This document shows positions 8,326 through 17,079 of a stretch of DNA of 17,079 nucleotides, piece after piece. The position numbers and the translations under genes were made by a program. The DNA lies in assembly GCF_006345805.1 (NCBI RefSeq), contig NW_021824943.1:1-17079 (forward strand), given 5' to 3'. The notes under the pieces were generated by a model. The model saw only the letters and a list, made by a program, of their open reading frames with translations. It ran no database searches and was not told the DNA's origin. The stretch is from Octopus sinensis (taxonomy: Eukaryota). Position 1 is the stretch's first letter, and each line of letters opens with the position of its first letter.

Positions 8326-8734
8326 CGACCCCAGGACTTATATTTTAAGCCAAAATTTATTCTATCGGTTTCTTTTAACGAACCGTTAAGTTACGGAGAT
8401 GTAAATACGCCGACACCATCTGTCACACGGTGATGAGGGACAAACACACACACAGACATATACACATATATAGGACGAGCTTCTTCCAGTTTCCGTCCAC
8501 CAAATCCACTCATAAGGCTTTTCTGAATGCCCATTACTCCGATTAGCCACTTGCTTCCCAATCACATCGTTCTGGGTTCAGTCCTACTGTGTGGCTCCTC
8601 GGGCAAGTATCTTCCCCTATAGCCTTTTCTGCCGAGGCTGTAGGGGAAGATACTTGTCCGAGGAGCCACACAGTGGGACTGAACCCGGAACCATGTGGTT
8701 GGGAAGCAAGCTTCTTACCACACAGCCACGCCTA
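8326..8734 (-). mobile_element. Family A SINE (older), interrupted by a 106-bp templated insertion
   Basis: Colinear with the family A reverse complement except for the extra 8526-8631 segment. Confidence 0.88.
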
Positions 8735-8754
8735 AGAATGAGAGAGAGAGATAG

Positions 8755-9483
8755 AAGGTGCGTGGCTTAGCGGTTGTGGTATTTAATTCACGATTTTAAG
8801 GACGTGAGTTCAATTCCTGACGATGTGTTATGTCCTTGAGCAAGACATTTTATTTCACACTGCGACAGTCCACTCAGCAGGCAACAATGAATTGACACTG
8901 TATTTCAAAAGGGCCAGCTTTGTCAAATTCTTCGCCACCCTGAATCTCCCTGAGAACTACGTTAAAGGTACGCATGTTTAGGCGCAGGAGTGACTGTGTG
9001 GTAAGTAGCTTGCTAACCAACCACATGATTCCGGGTTCAGTCACACTGCGTGGCATCTTGGGCAAGTGTCTTCTGCTATAGACCCGGGCCGACCAATGCC
9101 TTGTGAGTGGATTTGGTAGACGGAAACTGAAAGAAGCCTGTCGTATATATGTATATATATATATGTGTGTGTATGTGTTTGTCCCCCTAGTATTGCTTGA
9201 CAACTGATGCTGGTGTCTTTACGTCCCCGTCACTTAGCGGTTCGGCAAAAAGAGACCGATAGAATAAGTACTGGGCTTACAAAAGAATAAGTCCCGGGAT
9301 CGATTTGCTCGACTAAAGGCGGTGCTCCAGCATGGCCGCAGTCAAATGACTGAAACAAGTAAAAGAGTAAAAGAGTAAAGAGTATGTTTGTGGAGTGCTC
9401 AGCGACTTGCACATTAATTTTACGAAGAGGCTGTACCATTGATCGGATCAACTGGAACCCTCGTCGTCGTAACCGACAGAGTT
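8755..9483 (+). mobile_element. Family C2 SINE (tRNA-Arg-like head, CORE-like middle, tail shared with C1), split by a nested family A SINE
   Basis: aaggtgcgtggcttagcggtt...gagttcaattcc; tgtccttgagcaagac; tail ggtacgcatgttt|tggagtgctcagc...cgtcgtcgtaaccgac is continuous once 8980-9389 is removed. Confidence 0.88.
8980..9383 (+). mobile_element. Family A SINE, full length, nested in family C2
   Basis: 6-bp TSD atgttt at 8974-8979 and 9384-9389. Confidence 0.95.
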
Positions 9484-9614
9484 GAATATATGAAGAACAC
9501 GATTTTACGTTGCCCCTATCCACTTTGCTGTAGATAGTTAACCATGCAATGGACAGACGAACCATCCAGACAGAATGTTGGCCGGCCTGCCTGCCTAGCT
9601 AGTAGGGTGGCATC

Positions 9615-9810
9615 GAAATGCTTAGAGGTATTTCGTCTGCCGTTACGTTCTGAGTTCAAATTCCGCCGAGGTCGACTTTGCCTTTCATCCTTTTGGGGTC
9701 GATAAATCAAGTACCAGTTACGCACTGGGGTCGATGTAATCGACTTAATACCTATGTCTGTCCTTGTTTGTCCCCTCTGTGTTTAGCCCCTTGTGGGTAA
9801 TAAAGAAATA
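9615..9810 (+). mobile_element. Family B SINE, 5'-truncated, young
   Basis: Starts at gaaatgcttag and ends aataaagaaata; 6-bp TSD ggcatc at 9609-9614 and 9811-9816. Confidence 0.92.
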
Positions 9811-10444
9811 GGCATCATTCGAAAGTCACAATGTGGAGGAAGCGCATTGTAACTAGCGGTATATAGCTACATCCGATAGTTGTGATGTATAGACAGATGC
9901 ACGGGGCACTCAATACGTATGCGTAGAGTATAAAGTAAGCAATTTTCAAAAGAATAGATCGACTGTAAGTTTGAAGTTCCACAGGTGGACACCTTCGTCA
10001 GATAGTTTGACATTTGTGTGTGTGTGTGGTGTGTGTGCGTATGTGTGTGCGCGCGCGTAAAGTGAATGAGTTGGCTATACTGGAGCACCGATTTCGCTGC
10101 ATGTGTTGTGTATACGTGTGTCTGAAGAAAAGGCCTGTGCTCGTGGCTTTCGCAGACTCTCCTAGACCGAGGAAGCTGGCGCTTGTTAACTTCGTCTTCA
10201 GCGGTTGCATGTCGGCAAGTGAATGGGGCAAAAAACCGTGTGCAACGGACGGGGAGAATTCACACAGAACCGACAATCTGGTGAGGGAAAATTGGATTGA
10301 GTTGTTAGTGCGGAGTCTGGTAGAGCGTTGCATAATCGGAGAGTGGGTCGGTGGTACCCGAGTCGAAATGGTACATGGTCACCCTTCTCCGAGCAACAGT
10401 CTGCTGTACAAACACACACACACATACAGATACATACATACATG

Positions 10445-10578
10445 AACTAGCATAACTAGATTGTGTACCGCCCCCGGACCCCGGACATATTGCCTACAGC
10501 TGACCCAAAAGTATCACCCTTTTAAAAGTGGCCCCCGGAGTGGATAGCCCCTACAGCCCTCCGTTAGCTACGCTAGTG
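10445..10578. mobile_element. Possible 134-bp hAT-like miniature element inserted in (CATA)n
   Basis: actagcataacta (10446-10458) versus tagctacgctagt (10565-10577), inverted, 11/13; GC-rich interior; flanks catacatg/catacata (weak evidence because they are microsatellite). Confidence 0.4.
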
Positions 10579-11540
10579 CATACATACATACATACATACA
10601 TACATACATACATACATACATACATACATACATACATACATACATGCATACATACATCACACTACATAAATACATACATTCATACATACATACAACATAC
10701 ATACATATACATACATACATTCATACATACATACATTCATACTACATACATTCATACATACATACATACATACATACATAAAACATAAATACATACATAC
10801 ATTCATACCTACATACATACATAAATACATCTACATGCATACATACATACTACATTCATACATACCTCTACATACATTCATACATACATACATACATACA
10901 TCATACATACATACATACATACATACATACATCACCATCATACATACATACATACACATACATACATTCATACATCATATCATACATACATACATACATA
11001 CATACAAACATACATACACACTACATACATACATACAACATACATACATACATACATAACATACATTCATACATACATACGTACAACACATACAGACATA
11101 CATACATACATACATACATACATACATACATACATACATACATACAGACATACATACAACAGCATCATACATACATACATATCACTCATTCATCATACAT
11201 ACATACATACATACATACATACATACTATACATACCTCATACATTCATACATACATACATACATACATACAAACATACATACATATACATACATACACAT
11301 ACATACATAAATACATACATACATAATACATACATACGTACACACATACAAACATACATACATACATAACATACATACAATACATACAATACAAACAACT
11401 ACATACATACATACTACATACATACATACATCCTACATACATACATACATACATACATACATACATACATACATAGACATGCATACATCACATACATACA
11501 TACATACATACATACATACATACATACATACATACATACA
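10579..11540. repeat. ~960-bp degenerate (ACAT)n microsatellite
   Basis: Directly visible; source of the HTYI/MYVC ORFs. Confidence 0.97.
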
Positions 11541-11770
11541 ACTAAAAATACCCTGTTGTTGATGCTGAAATTCCAATGAAGGAGCCTTGAATCTAGGTTA
11601 GAAACTGGTTCTTTATTGACAAGAAATCTTGAAATAAAGCTGAACAATGGACATAAATACATATACACTCTGACAGACATTCTTAAATAGGTGAGTTGTT
11701 TACAAAGTATCGAGGACTTTATTTTGTTTCAGTAAGGCTTATTCGATCAAATACAAGAATATATATATGT

Positions 11771-11956
11771 GGGAGTGGCTGTGTGGTAAGTAGCTTGCTT
11801 ACTAACCACATGGTTCCGGTTTCAGTCCCACTGCGTGGCACTTTGGTCAAGTGTCCTCTACTATGGCTTCGGGCCGACCAAACCCTTGTGAGTGGATTAG
11901 GTAGACGGAAACTGAAAGAAGACCCTCGTATATATATATATGTGTGTGTGTGTGTG

Positions 11957-11989
<33 letters not shown>

Positions 11990-12014
11990 GATATAGATAT
12001 ATATAGATATATAG

Positions 12015-12047
<33 letters not shown>

Positions 12048-12277
12048 ATATATATTGTACGTGTATGCATATGTTTGTGTGTCTGTGTTTGTGTGTCCCC
12101 GCCAACATCGCTTGACAACCGATGCTGGTGTGTTTACGTCCCCGTAACTTAGCGGTTCTGCAAAAGCGACCGATAGAATAAGTACTAGGATTACAAAGAA
12201 TAAGTCCTGGGGTCGATTTGCTCGACTAAAGGCGGTGCTCCAGCATGGCCACATTCAAATGACTGAAACAGGTAAAA
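11771..12277 (+). mobile_element. Family A SINE with expanded internal microsatellite
   Basis: Head ggagtggctgtgtggtaag, tail gactgaaacaggtaaaa; internal (TA)(TG)(GATA)(TA) tract at ~11929-12090 replaces the usual ~30-50 bp. Confidence 0.92.
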
Positions 12278-12856
12278 TAATATAATATAATATATATATA
12301 TATATATATACACACACTCACAAACATATATACATACATACGCATATACATACATATGTGTGTATGCTTGTACGTATGTATATATGTATATATGTATATA
12401 TGTATACATACATATACGCAGCACATACTAAATATAGAGAGAGGGAGGGGGAGGAAGACGGCGGAATGGGCGAGACGGAGAAAATCCTTATTTACATTCA
12501 TATTCTATATAATTGTGTGTGTGTTTGTGAGTGTGTGTGTTTGTGAGTGTGTGTTTGTGTGTGTTGTGTGTGTGTGTGGTGTGTGTTTGTGGTGTGTGTG
12601 TGTTTGTGTGTGTGGTGTGTTGTGTGTGTGTGTGTTTGTGTGTGTGTGGTGTATTGTTGTGTGTGTGTGTGTTGTGTTGTTTGTGTGTGTTTGTGTGTGT
12701 GTTTGTGTGTGGTGTGTGTGTGTTTGTTGTGTGTGGTGTGTTTGTGTGTGTGTGTGTGTGTGTGTTTGTGTGTGTTTGTATGTGTGTGTGTGTGTTTGTT
12801 TGTGTGTTTGTGTTGTGTGTGAGTGTGTGTGTGTGTGTGTGTGTAAACGCAGACAA

Positions 12857-12898
<42 letters not shown>

Positions 12899-12960
12899 GA
12901 GGAGATAAATATATATATAGAGAGAGAGAGAAAGAAAGAGGGAGAGAGAGAGAGAGAGAA
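12278..12960. repeat. Compound microsatellite block: (TA/CA)n, long degenerate (TG)n at 12513-12845, (GATA)n(GA)n
   Basis: Directly visible; source of the CV/HT/LS ORFs. Confidence 0.93.
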
Positions 12961-13039
12961 AGGCGATAGACAAGTAAATTGATAGATTACAAGACAGACA
13001 GATAAATTCATCGATACATAAAAAGATACATAGACAGAG

Positions 13040-13070
<31 letters not shown>

Positions 13071-13620
13071 ATACTTAAATAGATGATTGAAGTCTGGTGT
13101 GTTCGGTATCTTAGAAACACGTTCGAATGGCGAGACAGATCGATGCGTCTTTTTCAAACACAGTTACCTAACATCATAATGTGTGTGGTTGTATATCTTG
13201 TGCGTATATAGTGTAGTGTGATCGGGAAAACAAGATTGAACGTCAGCGACGGCCGTATTATACGAATCACGAGGTCAGGAAAAGAAAGATAACAGTACTG
13301 ACTAAATAACTAACTAACTGAATGACTGACTGACTGATTGATTGATTGACAAGGATGGTGACTAGGTGAGAGGGATGAAGAGAGAAAGAAGGAGACAGAG
13401 AGACAGAGAGAGATGCAAAGAGAAAGGCAAAGAGAGAGAGAGAGAAAGAAGACTTCGGTTTCGGTTCGTGTGATTCCATGGTTACGCCGTATCGGTTAAT
13501 GATTTATGAATGAAATGAATCTAATTATGTATACATTAAAGATTACTACGTCTAACTCGGTCGGTAGTGATAAACGCCGGAGTATAGAGAGAGAAGTAGG
13601 GTTAGGCTTATAACGAACCT

Positions 13621-13845
13621 GACGAGCTGGCAGAAACGTTAGCACGACGGGCGAAATGCTTAGCGGTATTTCGTCTGCCGCTACGTTCTGAGTTCAAATT
13701 CCGCCGAGGTCGATTTGCCTTTCATCCTTTCGGGGTCGATAAATTAAGTACCAGTTACGCACTGGGGGCGTTCTAATCGACGTAGTCCCTTTGTCTGTCC
13801 TTGTTTGTTCCCTCTATGTTTAGCCCCTTGTGGGCATAAAGAATA
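13621..13845 (+). mobile_element. Family B SINE, near full length
   Basis: gacgagctggcagaaacgttagcacg ... tagccccttgtgggcataaagaata. Confidence 0.92.
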
Positions 13846-14292
13846 CGAAACGTTAGTCAACGCACGGGCGATAATGCTTATGCGGTATTTCCTCTGCCGT
13901 TACGTGCACGAGTTCAAATTCCGCCGAGGTCGACTTTGTCTTTCATCCTTTCGAGGTCGATAAATTAAGTACCTATTTCTTTACTACCCACAAGGGGCTT
14001 AACACAGAGGGGACAAACAAGAACAGACAAACGGATTAAGTCGATTATATCGACCCCAGTGCGTAACTGGGTGAAAGGGTGAAAGGCAAAGTCGACCTCG
14101 GCGGAATTTGAACTCAGAACGTAACGGCAGACGAAATATGGCTACGCATTTCGCCCGGCGTGCTAACGTTTCTACCAGCTCGCTGCCTTAAGTACCAGTT
14201 ACGCACTGGGGTCGATGTAATCGACTTTAATACCTATGTCTGTCCTTGTTTGTCCACTCTGTGTTTAGCCCCTTGTGGGTAATAAAGAAATA
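13846..14292 (+). mobile_element. Family B SINE (host), split by an antisense family B copy
   Basis: 5' part 13846-13973 ends ttaagtacc; 3' part 14188-14292 restarts ttaagtaccagttacgc and ends aataaagaaata. Confidence 0.85.
13974..14187 (-). mobile_element. Family B SINE, full length antisense, nested in its own family
   Basis: 9-bp TSD ttaagtacc at 13965-13973 and 14188-14196; small internal deletion near 14070. Confidence 0.88.
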
Positions 14293-14719
14293 GGTACTCT
14301 GAATTTACTGAAATTCGGCTGTAATTGGCGTTTAAAGCTATTTTCAGTTCATTCACATCACAGATATCCATTAACAAAATGCATGATCGCCCCGCTATTT
14401 CATTAGTCTCCCCTGAAGTGTTTGATGAGAAATCATTGTTGATTTTCTTTTATACTCTAAGTTGACAGAGGCTCACAAATCGACAAATCGACTCGACGGC
14501 TTTACGGGACTTAGTAATATTTTTTTTTAGTTTACCCAGTGGGACGAAGCACATAACTAACCGTCACTAACTACAAAATTAAAGATATATGTAAGGTACG
14601 TTTCTGGTAAACCGAAAACGTAACACGTTTTCAACCCTTAATCGAGACCGTTTCATTTCACTTTCTGACGTCCGTGGTGTACGTTTTCATGAACGTTCAA
14701 AATGAATATTGTTTCTTTC

Positions 14720-15514
14720 GGCATAGGCGCAGGAGCGGCTGTGTGGTAAGTAGCTTGCTTACCAACCACATGGTTCCGGGTTCAGTCCCACTGCGTGGCA
14801 TCTTGGGCAAGTGTCTTCTACTATAGCCTCGGGCCGACCAAAGCCTTGTGAGTGGATTTGGTAGACGGAAACTGAAAGAAGCCTGTCGTATATATATGTA
14901 TATGTATGTGTGTTTGTGTGTCTGTGTTTGTCCCCCTAGCATTGCTTGACAACCGATGCTGGTGTGTTTATGTCCCCATAACTTAGCGGTTCGGCAAAAG
15001 AGACCGATAGAATAAGTACTGGGCTTACAAAGAATAAGTCCCGGGGTCGATTTGCTCGACTAAAGGCGGTGCTCCAGCATGGCCGCAGTCAAATGACTGA
15101 AACAAGTAAAAGAGTAAAGAGTATACTACACAAGTGTGCCCCCTGGCTCTGTTTCCTCTTAACTTTCAGAAAAACGGATGATTTTATATTGGAATTTAAT
15201 GTAATAAAAATGGTGGACACACACACATACACACACACGCACGTAAACTACACCATCTGAATGGTATTTGTAGAAAATTTCATTAAAAATATCAACTTTT
15301 CTGAAAGTTACGAAGAAACAAGGTCAACCTGTGTGAATTATCTGAAACTCCTCTCGCTTTGAAAAAAAAAAATGTTTTCTCAACAAAATCCTATATAATT
15401 TTAATCTATATCATCTGAAAGGTATTAGTAGAAATTTCCGTTCAAAAATCCACTTTTCTGAAAGTTATGAGGAAACAAATTTAGTGGGTGGAGGCACACT
15501 TGTGTAGGTGTGCC
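14720..15514. mobile_element. PIF/Harbinger-like MITE with a family A SINE inserted in its left TIR
   Basis: Removing the SINE rebuilds left end ggcatactacacaagtgtgcc, matching the reverse complement of right end ggcacacttgtgtaggtgtgcc (15493-15514); 3-bp TSD ttc at 14717-14719 and 15515-15517; subterminal IR tgtttcctcttaactttcagaaaa; internal direct repeat 15254-15321/15412-15479. Superfamily inferred from GGC ends plus 3-bp TSD. Confidence 0.65.
14725..15122 (+). mobile_element. Family A SINE, full length, young
   Basis: aggcgcaggagcggctgtgtgg ... gaaacaagtaaaagagtaaagagt; 2-3 bp at/ata duplication. Confidence 0.95.
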
Positions 15515-15732
15515 TTCTTATATGAAATTAAAATTAGAAATAAAGAATAAATTTTCGTCAAAAGCTATGTAAATATTTGAAAACATGTAGACTGTTATAA
15601 ATTAGACAAGGCTAAGTGTCGTTGAGAAAATGGTGCCCTTGTTTCGAATCCTAGATGAGTCCCTTCTCTATATTTAACTTCACTTACATTTGTAACGGCC
15701 CCTCCAGAGAAGTCATAAACTCAAGATCTGTC

Positions 15733-15752
15733 TGTGTGCATGTGTGTGTGTG

Positions 15753-15800
<48 letters not shown>
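15733..15800. repeat. (TG)n microsatellite
   Basis: Directly visible. Confidence 0.95.
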
Positions 15801-15803
<3 letters not shown>

Positions 15804-16149
15804 AACCAAACGCGCATGTATGATGCCAGCACACACGACCTTCTCTTCTTAAACACACACAGTTGTACATACATTATGTTATAATATATTATTAATATTT
15901 TTGTCAAGCTATATGAAAATTACTCAATACTTTTTCACAAGAGTATATATTTAATAACTTTTGCAAGGAAAAAAAAATTGGCTAGCAAGACAATAGTTTT
16001 ACAATATCAATTTTGCAGATAGATAGCTCATTGAGGAAGGTTCAAATCTCCCTCTCATACCATACCGACTATAATATTTATCTTTTATGGTGTCTTTAAT
16101 AATATAATATACTGTGATACAATCACACGAAGGTAATTTGTCAAACTAC

Positions 16150-16788
16150 CTGGTGATGGAGTTTGATCTGGAGAAGCAACTAAAATTTTCATCACATAGG
16201 CGCAGGAGTGGCTGTGTGGTAAGTAGCTTGCTTACCAACCACATGGTTCCGGGTTCAGTCTCACTGCGTGGCACCTTGGGCAAGTGTCTTCTACTATAGC
16301 CTCGGGCCGACCAAAGCCTTGTGAGTGGATTTGGTAGATGGAAACTGATGAAAGAAGCCCGTCGTATATATGTATATATATGTTGTGGTGTGTGTGTCTG
16401 TGTTTGTCCCATAGCATTGCTTGACAACCGATGCTGGTGTGTTTATGTCCCCGTTACTTAGCGGTTCGGCAAAAGAGACGATAGAATAAGTACTGGGCTT
16501 ACAAAAGAATAGTCCCGGGGGTCGATTTGCTCGACTAAAGGCGGTGCTCCAGCATGGCCGCAGTCAAATTACTGAAACAAGTAAAAAAAAAAGAGTATAT
16601 CACCCAAACCGTGTTAGAACGAAATATCATCTTGGTTTCTTCGTTTCTAAGACAAGGCATCTAATCCTATTGGAGTTGACTGTGTCCTGGGAAGAGAGGA
16701 TGGAGGGAGCGCAAGAGAAAGAGAAAGAGAACACCGGGAACTGGTTGAGGGCTTCTTCAAGAATGGGTAGGGAACCAAGTGTTTACCA
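16150..16788 (+). pseudogene. Decayed restriction-like endonuclease (RLE) domain fragment of a HERO-like non-LTR retrotransposon, split by a SINE
   Basis: After excising 16198-16596 the reading is EFDLEKQLKFSSH-ITQTVL..IILVS / KTRHLILLELTVSWEERMEGAQE / HRELVEGFFKNG*GTKCLP. This matches the recalled HERO-type motif string DLxxQLKFPxHI..LRPD..ELTVPWEE..ERK..KY.ELV...GW...P; two frameshifts and one stop. Confidence 0.7.
16198..16596 (+). mobile_element. Family A SINE, full length, inserted in the RLE fragment
   Basis: Standard head and tail; at/ata duplication; removal restores tca cat atc acc caa in frame. Confidence 0.95.
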
Positions 16789-16809
16789 AAGGATACTGGC
16801 AATCGAGTG

Positions 16810-17053
16810 AAGGCGCGTAGTTTTCTGGTTGGTGGTATTCAGATCGTGATTGTAAGGTCGTGTTTGGTCGCAGTTGAGTCCAAGAAGACACTTTATTTCA
16901 CGCTGCTCCAGTCCACTCAGCTGGCAAAAATGAGTAGTACCTGTAATTCAAAAAAAGTCCCAGCCTTGTCCCATCTTTGTCACGCTGAATCTCCATGAGA
17001 ACTGCGAAAAGGGTACGCGTGGGGTGTTCAGCCACTTACACGTTAATTCCACG
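16810..17053 (+). mobile_element. Family C2 SINE, degraded
   Basis: aaggcgcgtag head; actttatttcacgctgctccagtccactcagctggcaaaaatgag; tail cacgctgaatctccatgagaac...cagccacttacacgttaatt. Confidence 0.85.
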
Positions 17054-17079
17054 ACCGATTTTTAGGATTATCGAATCAA

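Noticed and set aside
14309-14446. 46-codon phase-0 minus-strand frame KINNDFSS...ALNANYSRIS with donor gtaaat
   Set aside because: The acceptor lacks a pyrimidine tract and the peptide is unrecognised; worth including in an RNA-seq check but not supportable as a feature.
4694-16427. Recurrent ORFs such as ...FRLPNPLTRLWSARGYSRRHLPK... and MLQHGRSQ...
   Set aside because: Translations of family A SINE copies, not a gene family.

Overview
Repeat-saturated, AT-rich eukaryotic non-coding DNA, most likely from an octopus or close cephalopod relative. That assignment is inferred from the tRNA-derived SINE families and the very heavy microsatellite load; it has not been checked by search. No intact protein-coding gene is recognisable, and almost all ORFs in the supplied track are artefacts of microsatellites or SINEs. 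The window holds three interleaved tRNA-SINE groups. Family A is about 400 bp with a CORE-like 'ccttgggcaag' motif and an internal (TA/TG)n. Family B is about 230 bp with a Meta-domain-like core. Family C has two different tRNA-Arg-like heads on one shared 3' tail. Also present are several non-autonomous DNA elements (MITE-like and Helitron-like), a decayed RLE-type (HERO-like) non-LTR retrotransposon fragment split by a SINE, and a few unique islands that may be exons. I found no demonstrably new biological system. The strongest leads are (1) family B SINEs recurring inside their own family at the same two internal sites, building foldback arrays; (2) a two-template insertion at 8526-8631 that makes a 76-bp hairpin; (3) a TIR element with two right ends that may have captured about 150 bp; and (4) a splice-site-bounded candidate exon at 945-1137 with an apparent frameshift.
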